A stretch of DNA of 63,962 nucleotides from Carcharhinus longimanus (taxonomy: Eukaryota). The translations under genes were made by a program, and so were the position numbers. How positions within the stretch are numbered: position 1 is the first letter of the stretch; each line of letters starts with the position of its first letter. This document shows, piece after piece, positions 37,490 through 49,640 of the stretch. The stretch is from the NCBI GenBank assembly GCA_030264375.1, contig JASCQW010000001.1, positions 71,330,264 to 71,394,225 of the forward strand, read 5' to 3'. The notes beneath the pieces were generated by a model that saw only the letters and a list, made by a program, of their open reading frames with translations, had not been told where the DNA came from and ran no database searches.

Positions 37490-37703
37490 ATGTCCCAAAG
37501 GATCAACGCTTCCAGGCCATTCAGGCCGGCATCATGCTGCTGCCCGATGAGAATCGCGAGGCTCTGCAGACTCTCCTCTATTTCCTTAGTGACGTTACAG
37601 GCGTCGTGGAAGAAAACCAGATGACACCCACCAACCTGGCAGTGTGCCTGGCCCCTTCGCTCTTCCACCTCAATACTCTGAAGAGAGAAAACTCCTCTCC
37701 CAG
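37490..37703 (+). CDS. DLC1: DLC1 exon 9 (RhoGAP)
   Basis: ctgcag|VPKDQRFQAIQAGIMLLPDENREALQTLLYFL...NQMTPTNLAVCLAPSLFHLNTLKRENSSPR|gtaccg; 214 nt. Confidence 0.97.
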
Positions 37704-37759
37704 GTACCGCTTCCTTCTGAAGCACAAAGGTTGTATGTAGTTTAAATTAAAAAAAACAT

Positions 37760-38492
37760 CGGGCAGGACTTTCCAGCCCATCATGCCCAACCACTGGCCT
37801 CCTGAATTTCTCCGAGCCTGCTCTGATTTGTCCACCTCCCCCCATCCTTTCTCTGGCAGCCCTGATCCTTCCTTCCTCCTCCTCCTCCTCTCCTCTNNNN
37901 NNNNNNNNNNNNNNNNNNNNNNNNNNNNNNNNNNNNNNNNNNNNNNNNNNNNNNNNNNNNNNNNNNNNNNNNNNNNNNNNNNNNNNNNNNNNNNNNNNNN
38001 NNNNNNTCCCCCCACCATAGGCCTGCCCTCTCTGGCCATTCCTCCTTGGCACTGCCTGATGCCCAGTGGGCAGTGCCAAGGTGCCTCTTAGGTAATGCTG
38101 GTTTATTCCTTGGGCAGTGCCAGGAGGCCAGGCTGACACTGCCAGACTGGCACTGCCCAAGGTGCACCTTCCCTTATTCCCAACCTCCGGGGGGGACCAC
38201 AGTGGCTTATCATCCCTCCAGCCAGAATAGCCGCCTGTTCCCCACTTTTGGGAGCAATAGTAAACCCCACTGGGTTGCGGAGATGCTAGTGGGCCCAGAG
38301 ATCTCAGTCTTGGGCCTTTGAATAGGTGCAAATCCTGATTTCAATATTGAATTCAGCTCCGCGCTGGAAATCAGCTAAAAAACTTTTCCCTGGAGATGCA
38401 TGGAGGCCATGGCACCCAACAGGGAGCCCGTGAAACGTCTCCAGGCAAATTGAGCTGCTAGAGCAACACAGCGGGCTGGGAGAATCGCACCT
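37760..38492. mobile_element. MITE-like non-autonomous repeat with internal GGCACTGCC/GGCAGTGCC units
   Basis: Imperfect inverted termini GGGCAGGACTTTCCAGCCC ... GGGCTGGGAGAATCGCACC; related to 51680-52350 and 32720-32870. Confidence 0.5.
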
Positions 38493-39316
38493 CCCCCCCC
38501 CCCCCCACCTTGATTTTTATTTAAAAAGTGATAAATTGGATGGCTTAATTCAAAGTAAAAATCGTGAGAGATATAAAATTGGCCGGCAAGACTAATTATA
38601 TACACAGCTGCACATTTGCGTGGGGAGAACAGTAATATATGGACACTATATACAGATGCACAAGGACATCAGTAACACAAATTCACATATGCAAGGGGAA
38701 GATCAGTAATCCTTGCAGCGGAATTGTGGAAGAGTTGTAGAAAACCCCTTTGTTTTCCAATTCACCATCAAGAAGGAGGAAAATTCCATTACGTAACCAC
38801 CAGGAAGCAGTTGTCAGACTCCCTAACTAAAACAGCGCCAGTACGAGAGTGCTGTTTTTATGATCTCCTTCCTAATTGTTTGTTATGTGGAACTATTGTG
38901 TAAAGCTGTCATCTGTGGGTGAGTAAAACTAATAAGGACCTGTTCCAAGTTGACATTTTAAGTACTGTCCCCGTGCTGCATCACTGCCTCAAAGACCTGA
39001 ATTAAAATAAAGCTTTGACCTTGCCACGCTGTCGACTGGCTAATTTAAAGACAAGTCACATTCAGCACGGCTCCTAAAGCAGAGACAAATTGCTGCCCGC
39101 TTACTGGAGTGAAAGGATTTTTACTCCTATGCAAGTTTAAGTGTGCCCCATAAATTGCTTGCTTATCGTTGATCCTTGTGCAGGTTTTAGAAGGTTTGCT
39201 GCTGTTTAATGATCCTTTTGTAAAACTCGGTAAATATCTGTGCTGGCACCTAAGTGTCTGCACTATTGTCCTTACTCATTTATGTATTAATGAGGCCTTA
39301 TTTCTTTTTAATCCAG

Positions 39317-39431
39317 AGTGATACAGAGGAAACAAAGCTTAGGCAAACCTGACCAGAAGGACCTGAATGAGAACTTGGCTGCTACCCAAGGTCTGGCCCA
39401 CATGATCGCTGAGTGCAAGAAACTTTTCAAG
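39317..39431 (+). CDS. DLC1: DLC1 exon 10 (end of RhoGAP)
   Basis: atccag|VIQRKQSLGKPDQKDLNENLAATQGLAHMIAECKKLFK|gtgtgc; 115 nt. Confidence 0.96.
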
Positions 39432-40803
39432 GTGTGCTTTGATAGTGATTGTTCATTTTTATTTTGGACCCAGCAATAGTTGAGGGTGGGATTTTCCAGC
39501 CCTTCCTACCAGTAGGAAGTTCATGCCCCCCCCTCCCCCGGCACGCATGTGTTTCCTGGTAGAGGGACAGGGTAGCCACGCAAAGCGTCCTGGACGACAA
39601 GACTGGAAGATTCCGCTGACAGCCAATGATGAGCTGCCACTGTTGAGCCGTNNNNNNNNNNNNNNNNNNNNNNNNNTTGGTCAATTGTGAAAATATATCT
39701 GTTGAAGAGTTAGGTCTTGTTCTATCTCTGCAGATACTATCAGAACTATCAGACCTGCTGAAATTTTCCAGTATTTTCTATTTCTCTTTCAAAACATGAC
39801 GTTAGATTTTGTTGTTCACTATGTTCTCTACACAGCAGAGTGGGGATGTAGACAACAGCCTGTTGAGTCTGGCTTCACCTATATAAGCTACTGATGGGCT
39901 TCCTTTAATAGATAGATAGAAATGGGCGTTCAGCTGCAACGGGTGGAATCCCATTGCAGGACAAGCCATTCTGACCCTCTGGCTACCCTAACAGAGAGGG
40001 ACACCCCCAAAAGTTGGCATTTGGAGCAGGGACTAGGAGCATCCCAGAAATTTCCATAAATAAAAGGACTTTTAAATATTTTACCCGTGCCCAACCACCA
40101 TGACATTCCAACAGCAGTCTTAAACGTCTGCCAATCCCCATGAACTCAGATACAGGCCTCCCCTCTCCCCGATACCAAACAAGGCTATACCAATCTCTCC
40201 AAAACTCCCTTTAGACTGTGATAAATACCACTTCTAAGTTGAGGGCATATGCAGGAATTAACATTTCAGAGTAATTTGTATGTAAGTGTTGGAGAGTTGG
40301 TGTTTAATCATTTATTTTAACTCTTGGACACAGTGCTGGTGCACAGAGGCAGACCTTATGCCCAGTCCACCTCACACTCATCCTGGGGTCACGTGGCCTG
40401 ACTCCCAGAGAACCTCGCCATTCCCGAACAAACATTGCAACTTCCAGATTCTGTGCTCCAAACCTAGGAGCAGATCCTCAGGCCCAAATTGATAGCGTAA
40501 CTGCACTCTTAAAGGAAGCAGGAGTAACATGCCTGTTTTAATTGATATGTTGCTTTTACATTGGCAGCATTTAATTTGGATTCCAGAAGCTAAATCCAGC
40601 TTCCTTATCCTGACGGCAGATTTCTAGACTCCGGTGTTTAATGTTTGCTAATGTGAGGCTGCAACCAGGACAAGGGAGCCAGACTAATCAGTGTGAACTG
40701 ATCATAGATGCTGAACATCCAGTACGAAGCTAAACAGCAATAATATAAACGCAGCAACATTTGCTGACACCGTTATAAGTGTGGCTATATTGTTATACCT
40801 TAG

Positions 40804-41025
40804 ATTCCAGAGGAAATGATGAGCCATTGCCGTAACTCCTACATGGAACAGGATTTGCAGCCAGTCAGCTTGGAGGAGCTGGGCAAAACCAGTCAGGGAG
40901 AATCTTCGGACTTCCGCGCTCACCTGCAGAACTGCATCGATGCTCTACTGAAAGAGGCCAAAGACAAGTTTAAAGGCTGGGTCAACTGTTCAACATCAGA
41001 ATCGGCAGAGCTAGCCTACAAAAAG
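40804..41025 (+). CDS. DLC1: DLC1 exon 11 (linker / START start)
   Basis: accttag|IPEEMMSHCRNSYMEQ...LLKEAKDKFKGWVNCSTSESAELAYKK|gtgttt; 222 nt, phase 0-0. Confidence 0.96.
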
Positions 41026-41659
41026 GTGTTTATTATTGTTTGAAGTGGAATGCTCCAATAGACTGCAATAGCAATAGACCTTTATGTATGTATGTGTGTG
41101 AAAGCAGAGAGTACAGGCAATGTAAATGAATATTTGAAGTGAATTAGCCATTTTCACCAAGGAGTGGAAGATAGCTGTGGAATTCTACAGGGAACATCCT
41201 GATGACTATGCCAGGATTGCACTTTCAGCCTCCTAATACTGACCCTCACTGGCATTCAAACTCCATGGGCCCAATTTTAATCCATGTCAACCCCATTCAC
41301 TTGCACAGAACTAAAATCTGACTCACTGACAGTCACCAATTGCATATGACAGGCAGATCCAACTACTACTTGGGCCCATCTTTCTCATTTGGTTGCCAGC
41401 AGGAACTTAAGCCAAATTTCTGCACAGACAAAGATGATCTCTGTCTTTGAGAAGATGGCGCTGGGGATTCAAGCCTGAAAGTCCTGTACCTGAATCCAGT
41501 CCCCACCATTTTCACAGCCAGTGCTGGGGATGGATCAAATTTTGAACATCACTAGCTTACGGAGGCAGCTGCACAGGTTAAAGCACCTGTCAGTTCACAG
41601 TTTGATTGATAGCCCCAAGTACTTATAATCTCTTTGACATGACGTTATGAACACAAATG

Positions 41660-41995
41660 CCTGTTCTTTATTCCTTCATGGGATGTGGTCATTGCTGGCA
41701 TGGCAAGGCCAGCAATTGCCCTGAAACTGAGTGGCATGTTAGGCCACTGCAGAAGGCAGTTAAAAGTCGACCATATCGCTGTCGGTCTGGAGTTGCATGT
41801 AGGCCAGACCGGGTAAGGATGGCAGATTTCCTTCCCCCAAGGGCATTAGTGAACCAGATGGGTTTTTACAACAATTAATGATAGTTTCATGGTCACTAGC
41901 TTTTAATTCCAGAATTTAAATTCCATCAGCTGCCATGGTTTGGGTCTCTGGTTTACTACTCCAGTGACATTACCACTAGGCCACCATATCGCCAG
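41660..41995 (-). mobile_element. tRNA-derived SINE (230-520 family)
   Basis: GGCCAGACCGGGTAAGGATGGCAGATTTCCTTCCCCAAGGGCATTAGTGAACCAGATGGG. Confidence 0.7.
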
Positions 41996-42580
41996 AGGAA
42001 TTAAAAGGGATTAATCCAGTGAATAGATTTTTATCAATGAGAGTTTTATAGTGAATTCACCAATAGATACTTAAGGCTTTCATTTAATCTGAGTATGGGT
42101 TCTGAGGTCTGTGCATGGTGGATACTAGGTGAGTTAACATACATGGTGTAAGGGCATACGATGATGGGTGGGGCATGGGTTGACATGAGTTGGCACTAAG
42201 TTAGCATGGGGCTATAAAGGACCATGGGGTATGAGTGGAGGGTGTAGGTTGGCATGGAGGATATGAAGTGCAGTTCACCCAACCCAGCTTTGTACCTGGC
42301 AGCTTCTATGGCTCACTCTGGAGGTAGCTGGTACCACTCCCATAAAGGAGGGGGAATTCAAATCTCTAGGGCAGTTTTTCAGGAGTCACTAGAGCCCAGA
42401 ATTCTCCCAACCCTGATGCAAGAACAGAGATTCAGGCCTTATTCTTCTTCCAAATTTCAGAGAATGTGTGTCATTTTTCAGCCATTTTTATGCAATTGCA
42501 TCACAAAGTAATCACCTATGTTGGCTGCTTCTTTGAGGAATGAAACGATTTAAAGGGTATTTTTTTTTTGTTTTTACTAG

Positions 42581-42798
42581 GTTTGTGATGGACCACCTCT
42601 AAAATTGTGGAAGGCTTGTATTGAGATTCCTGTTGCACCAGAGGACGTTCTGTGGCGGATACTACGGGACCGTCATCTCTGGGATGATGACCTTCTGAGT
42701 TCAAAGGTCATTGAAAGTTTGAATAGTCAAATGGATATCTATCATTACGTGCAAAGCAGTATGGCCCCACACCCGACCAGAGATTATGTACTCCTAAG
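42581..42798 (+). CDS. DLC1: DLC1 exon 12 (START domain)
   Basis: tttactag|VCDGPPLKLWKACIEIP...SMAPHPTRDYVLLR|gtaaac; 218 nt. Confidence 0.96.
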
Positions 42799-44268
42799 GT
42801 AAACATTTTAAAATTCTTTTTAAGTATTTTCTGCAGGATAAAGAAAAGACTTTAGATTAGCTAACATTGTTGCAAATGCCCATACAAAGCAGGAAGATGT
42901 CTTATTTTGGTCCTGGTGTATATAGTTAGCTAGTCTCAGTTCAGCAGCAGTTGGAGTACCACAATTAGACACCATTTCTCTAGGCAAAATAATAGGAAAG
43001 CAACCTATGGTTTTCACTACAGTGATGTCTTCCAGGAATGCCTATGTGTGACCATTAGGCAAAATCAGCTACGATATTCCACACAGTTGAAAATCTGTCA
43101 TGGCTCACACGTGGGTCTTTTTGTTGATTATTGGTGAGGTGCTATGCTCCTATATGAAGCTGTTCTTTCAGGAAGGGAGGGAAAGTAGGAAAATCATTTG
43201 TGAATCAGTGCAGCACTATGGCAGAAAGTTGTTGCACTCGCTCGGGAGTCTCTGACAAACAGAGGACTGCCTTGCGCATGTCACTCATTCGAATCAGGTT
43301 TGAGGTTGATGTAACTTCAGTATGAGATTGAAAGGCTTGGTGAAATACCACAGATGGCTGTTTTTGTGAGGATTAAAGAGACTGACCTATCTTTTTTTTT
43401 ATATACATTCATGGGATATGGCGTCGTTGGCTGGCCAGCTTTTATGACCCATCCCTAGTTGCCCTTGGTTGGAAGAATTGAAATGGGATTTTATGCTGGC
43501 AGGTTTCTGACAGTTTGGCTCCCACCAGATTCACTGCACTCACCAGGGGCAGATTGGGAGCATTTCACCCAGCTTTTTATGCATCTTCATAGCTGGGTCT
43601 TCCTGTCCCAGTTGCAGCAATGATCCCTCAGTATAGCCATCCACAAAGAGCAATGGCAAAGAGGAGCATTGGAGAAGACACACATCCCTTGTTACAACAC
43701 CAGCACAGTATTCAGGTTGTTTTTTAAAAGAATTTTAATGTAGTTTGTGAGTGGGTGCGTGTGTGGGCTGGGTGTTTTATCGAAATGGGTGGTCAGGTCA
43801 GTGGTGGATGGGCATTCGGATCTAGAGGAGATTGGTTGTCGAGTCAGTGGAGTGAGTAGACAGGTTGGGAGTGTAGGGGGTAGGTGGGTTGGGTGTTATT
43901 CACTAATTTGCACTAGAAATTAACCCATACGACAACACTGCTGTAAGTATTCATGCATCTAGCCAAAGTGTCCAACCCTGAGCTCAGTGTCAGAGGTGTT
44001 CTTGGAGTGATCTGGGCAGCTCAAATCAGTCCATTGGAAATTTAAATTTCCCAGACAATTACCATGCATGTGTACTGTCAGGACTTCCAATGGATCCTAA
44101 AGCACAACAGCGGTGGTCATCTCCACATCCACATTTGCCACTGTGGACATTGGAAGATCCTAAATTTATGATTCTATCGAAATACATTTCTCTTGAATAT
44201 TTGATTTTTACCTTGTACTTCTTCTGTTTAAGAATCTACATTTCTAACATGTTGATTTTCTTTTTCAG

Positions 44269-44445
44269 GACTTGGAGGACCAACTTGCCCAAGGGAAGCT
44301 GTGCATTAGTAGCGACCTCAGTGGAGCACAATGAGACACCGGTGGTTGGAGGAGTACGAGCTAATGCTCTAACTTCACGATATCTAATAGAACCTTGTGG
44401 CTCAGGAAAATCCAAACTCACCTACTTGTGTAGAATAGACACAAG
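44269..44445 (+). CDS. DLC1: DLC1 exon 13 (START domain)
   Basis: tttttcag|TWRTNLPKGSCALVATSVEH...SRYLIEPCGSGKSKLTYLCRIDTR|gtattg; 177 nt. Confidence 0.96.
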
Positions 44446-44904
44446 GTATTGGCATGCGTCTTTTTCACAGTATTAGTTATTAATATGTACTACACTGTAT
44501 TTCTGACCAGTGCTGTATGAACGCTTTAGACAATCACACCAAACCTTGCTGTCCACTTCTTTTAAACACACATGATTAAAGCTGATTCCCTCTTACATTA
44601 AAATGCAACAAGGAATTAAGTGTGATTTAGCTAAATATTCATGCAGCTACCATATTGGCAAGAAAACACGCTGCTATATGAATACAAAAATGATAAGACA
44701 CACTGTGCAAAATGTATATTATTTAAATGTTTTTAACTTTCAAAATTTATTTTATCATACATTGAAGAGAAGATTTTGATCCAAGCATTTAGGCATTTTT
44801 ACAGGCACAATTTTCAATGAACCCTAGCATGGTTTAATTAAACCCACAATCCATTAGAAGTACCATTGTGTCTATTGCTTATGGTGGCACCAAGAAAAAA
44901 CAAG

Positions 44905-45109
44905 GAAGTCTTATATAGTGGTAGCATTCCTACCTCTGAGCCAAAAGCTCTGGATTCGAGTCCAACAGCAGGACTTGTTGGCCACGGAAGGGCATTCATG
45001 ATTCGTTTCAATGGGTTGATAATCTGCTTGGGAATCTTGTCACTACTTCCCCGATTCATCCCCAAAGGGAAAAACAGTACGGATGTGACGATACACTTTT
45101 AAAAAAAAG
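44905..45109 (+). mobile_element. Short tRNA-derived SINE of a third family
   Basis: A-box-like TAGTGGTAGC, B-box GGATTCGAGTCC (44952-44963), and an A-rich end. Confidence 0.55.
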
Positions 45110-45625
45110 TAAACTGAAGAAATCCATTCTGAGATACAATAACATACTCACACAACCCAACAAATTTTGCTTCCATGCAAGTTCTAGTGCAAAGCTGCAT
45201 TTTGATCTTTCCTAATGGACGCTACTCGGAACAAAACCAGAACAAAACTCTGGCCTGCGGCATTCAGCTGTGCAAGCAGTATCAATTTTGTAGTGATGTG
45301 ACTGCAATGGGGAGGGCAGATGGGAACCATTATGGAACTGGGCCTCCATAAAGCCTCGCAAGTGTAATCTCATTTATATAATTATCCTGTAATCTGAATG
45401 GGAACTGCCGTAAGCTACAAAGATAGGGCCCCAGAACTGTCTTCTAACTTTGTTTATTTATTAGTGTCACAAGTAGGCTTACATTAACACTACAATTAAG
45501 TTGCTGTGAAAATCTTCGCCTGTATAGTCAGCACAATATATATTTTAAAAAATCAAACATGTTAGTTTAATTTTTCCATCAGCATAAAAAAATCCGATAT
45601 AACATTTTTCTGTCCATTCTTTCAG

Positions 45626-45743
45626 GGGGCGGATGCCAGAATGGTACAATAAAGCATTTGGACACTTGTGCGCAGCAGAAATTGGTAGAATACGAGACTC
45701 TTTTAATACTCCTGGCTCTGACAGTCAAGAAAGCAAGCATTAG
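45626..45743 (+). CDS. DLC1: DLC1 exon 14 (last coding exon, stop TAG 45741-45743)
   Basis: ctttcag|GRMPEWYNKAFGHLCAAEIGRIRDSFNTPGSDSQESKH*. The 14 exons sum to 3255 nt, or 1084 aa. Confidence 0.95.
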
Positions 45744-48700
45744 GACACTGCTTCATTGAGACAGCATATTAACTCTGAAGCACAGCGCTTCAAAGAGCAA
45801 CTGTATGTACTTCGAAGGAAACTGTGGTGGACCCAAATGAACGCTTTTATAATGGAGGCCTGCATGTTCAGACCTACTAAATGAATTTTTATTTTTAATA
45901 AAGTTCCTAATTATGACTGTAGNNNNNNNNNNNNNNNNNNNNNNNNNNNNNNNNNNNNNNNNNNNNNNNNNNGGCCTTTACTGGAATACTGGGATGGGAC
46001 TAGTGGCTCTTTGATAAAGGTGAGGTGCAAAAATGTATTGTACTTGCTTGTTTAGGGGCCACAATTGCTTCTATGAAGCATCAAGCAATTTGTATAATAT
46101 AAATCATGCATATGTAAAAGAATAACCTGGTGTGTTCACGTCATTTGCTATTTTTTTATATTTCATTCTATATCTTCATAGTTTATGAACTATTGCTATA
46201 CTTTTTGGAGTTCTGCATTTCAGTTGTGTTTGTTTGGTTCAGCTTAGCATGGTGCATCTAGAGGAGTGCGTGCTTGTGATTGTGTTTCTAAGGAGCTGAA
46301 ATGTGAGAGATTGGGTGAGGGACGGTGTCTGGTACACTGCTTGCTCGGAAGGCACTGGCGTGGCAAAATGATATCCATCAATTGATGAGTTTCCAGTACA
46401 GTTAAACCTGTCAATATAGTATTTATGTAAAAGGTGATGGAGACCACTTTAGGGCCAATTTTTACCAACAGGATTTGGATTTTCCCTCTTGGTGGATGGA
46501 CTCTTTAACATTTCTACCAAAACACAGTCCATCTTCCAGAGATTAGAAGACGGTTTGGTTGGAATGATTGATGATCCCTCTAAATGTTCCTTGAAAATAT
46601 AACTGGACTCCCAACTACATTTTCAAAATAAAAGGATTGGGGGTTTTGTTGATGAACAAACCCAAATCCTTTGTATTTCTCACTGGGTGAGGGCCTTCAG
46701 TGGTCTTCAAAGTTTGCAGGGATAAAAAAAACATCATTTCAAATGTGATACTTAATACTACAGAACGTTAATACATGCAGCCACACTCAATAATCAATGT
46801 GGCCTTTGCTCTATCTAAGGCAGGGAAGAACATTGCAAGACTGCTGCTGTTGCAAAGGTGTTGTGTCTTTTAAAAGCGATGTCAAAAACTGCTACAAAAC
46901 AGAACATTTTGGAGAAAGTGAAAGGGGACATAGTCCTGCTGATTTTTTTATAGAACAAACTTATTAAGTATTGTGGCAATGTTAGCTTCTTTTTTTATGT
47001 GTTGTCAGGCAACTTGCACGACTCATCTGAAAATAGATTAAAATGTATCCTTCCTCTACCACTCAAGCAGTAAGATTTGTCTGGATGGTACTTTCCTGTC
47101 TGTATTCTAATAGATCAGATTTTACTGGAAAACCACTTGACTTTGAAAATCACAGGAAGCAATAGTTTAGCTAAAGTGTGGAAATGCATCTGTCACCATC
47201 AGCAGTTGAGCCCCACAAACACTCATGGGTTCGGGGGAGAGTCCTTCGTTATCATGATAATGGGTGTCTATACTGTTAGTGGCGCATCTGAAGCACATGC
47301 AATTGGCATCAGACCAAAGGTGGAATGCTCCAGGGTATAGGCAGCCCTAATTGAGAGGAACCGCTTTTAAATCGAGTGAGGTAACTAAGTGGTTGTTGTA
47401 CTGAACCAGCAATCCTGAGGTCATAGCAACCCTAAGATCATGGGTAAAATTTTATGATCCCCTGCTATTAGGTTTGAAGGTGGGGAGGAGGTTTGTACAA
47501 TGCAGGGCATTGCCTGCCACCTCCCCATCCACCAACCAGTAGCCACTTAAGTGCCTCAGTCCACCCCACCAGGGGTGGCCTATACTTGGTGCGTTGCTCA
47601 GCAGCTTTTACTGGGCAAGATAGTGACAGGCTTGATTGGGAGAGGGGATCTCCTTTAAGCTTCCCTTGTGCCCATCAGAGGCACACTTTCACAAGGTCAT
47701 AACCTCCATTTAATGGCCCCCCTCTCCTTAGCAGTGATCACAACTTAAACACGGCACTGCTGAAAAATTGGGATCGGAGGTTTTACCCCCTAGCCAATTA
47801 ACATTCCATCAAGGATTAAGTGGCTGCAGGATAACGGGCATCAATGGGGTACATTCCCCGTTGACTCTTTCGGTGATTGGGCAAGAAACTTTGCCATCAG
47901 AAAAATCCTGGGCCATGAATTCAAATATCTACACATCACGTTATAAAAATTGAGTTTAATAAATCTAATAATATTCAGGGTAGCAAAATGACCCATGAAA
48001 CCTACTGATTGAGGTAGAAAACCAACTGGTTTGCCATTGACCTTTAGGGAAGCAAACTTGCCATCTGTTGTGGGTCAGCTTACATTTGCTTCCAAATCCC
48101 AAACCTACATGTTGGGCACAAAATGCACAACGGACATCCCTTATTCAAGAACTCAGTAACTACCATCGCAACACAATTGGGATTGAGTAATAAATGCAAC
48201 CTTTCAGCACTGCCACATTACCCCTGTCCTGAAAGGAAATAGATTAATCTGCCAATTGTTTTGCAGTCCAGGGAAATATTCAGGTCTGAATTTCCAGGTA
48301 GGCCCCACAACCACCAGTAGTTAAACTGCTGAGCCCGGTCTGACCTACATCAACTATATACCATATCTCAAAGAAGGCTAGAGCACATGAGCTTCAACAT
48401 TTGGAATCCCCATTTACAATGATGTCCTGGCAAAGGGGCAAGCAAAAGCTCCATTCCCCACATGGCCATCTCAGTCATTTCGGCAAAAATATGGACCCCG
48501 TACACTGGCAAAGTTCTGCCAACAGTACAGTGGCAAATCTGTCCATGTGTTAATTCAGCAGATGAATATTTTACTCTATTCATCACAATTACAGTGTAAG
48601 ATCAATGTAGTTTTTCATGGGTTCAGAGCTATGGTATTTCACAAAACAAATTCTTCAAAATTGCCCACGAACTTGCAGTGTAAATCACAAGTCAATAGGG

Positions 48701-49640
48701 GCAAAGTTGTGGCTATATCACATGTCAAACCTCTAAATAACACATAATGTTATCACGTGTGCTTATTGAGTGTAGACTATGTTTCATAATAGAACCAAAC
48801 ATTCCTCAATTCTCATCTAACATTCACTAGTATATGGTATCGGATAATATTTGTAATGGTGTGCATCAGAAGGTCTCCAATTTTTGTTTGTGAAATAGTT
48901 CTGACGTGTTAAAAATAATTTCCAGTGTTTTCTTTCACTTCTCTTTTTGTTTTAATTTTTTATTTGTCATCCTCACATGCCAATTCTTAAGATTTTATTA
49001 ACAGTTGTGCTAAGATGTTGCCAAGTGGTCCTCTCACAGAAGGTGGTCTTTTGTACAGGTTTTACTGTAACATATACTGTTTGTATGAGGCTTTAAATGG
49101 AATGTAGTTACTAGTTAATACAGAACTGCCATTGGGAACTCAATGAACCTTCTTAATATCTGGGTGCTGGAGCCCTTAATGAGCAGAAATTAAAAGAAGG
49201 ATTTATCTAATAATGTTAAAAATATTTACCATTCAGTGTTATGTAAAGAGCTTTTAGTGAAATTTGTGGCAATAAGAACAATTTTATCAGTAATTATTTC
49301 AGTGTTATCCCTTCACTTTAAAACGCTTACCATTCTGTGTGTCTATAGAGTTCAATTGGTATTTGTAGAATTTGATGTCACTGTATATACCATTGTATTG
49401 TAAACGTGTATACATGTCTAGCTGCATACTGCCAAACAGGGATAACATATGTTATTAATTATTTAAATATTCATGTATTTATACCTCAATTATACTTATT
49501 TTGTACCTTTTTTTAAAATTGTAAATATTTTACTCTCTAAATGCTAAGACATAAAGAATCAAGAAAGTGTTTATATCTTTGTATGTCTGTACAGTTATAA
49601 CCATAAAGTGCACTATTAAATGTGTTAAACAAGTATAATC
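45744..49640 (+). other. DLC1: Probable DLC1 3' UTR with proximal and distal polyadenylation signals
   Basis: AATAAA at 45897-45902. An AU-rich, repeat-poor distal block ends in ATTAAA at 49615-49620, followed by U/GU-rich sequence. Confidence 0.6.
47385..48215 (+). mobile_element. SINE (230-520 family) split by a MITE-like insert, inside the putative 3' UTR
   Basis: Head GTGGTTGTTGTACTGAACCAGCAATCC; the body resumes at about 47915 with ...CCTTTAGGGAAGCAAACTTGCCATC...AATAAATGC. Confidence 0.5.

Noticed and set aside
38040-38170. GGCACTGCC/GGCAGTGCC units as a CRISPR-like array
   Set aside because: The units are about 9 nt, irregularly spaced and in mixed orientation, inside a eukaryotic repeat with no cas genes.
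42150-42260. Degenerate GGCATG(G/A)G periodic tract
   Set aside because: Low-complexity repeat remnant with no ORF or evident structure.
18793-45743. Calling the gene STARD13 or STARD8
   Set aside because: The MILTQ start, KLEISPQRKRSEDSDEDEPCAISG, SSSSSQSETSSAVSTPSPVTRTRS and VIQRKQSLGKPDQKDLNENLAATQGL match DLC1 as I recall it.
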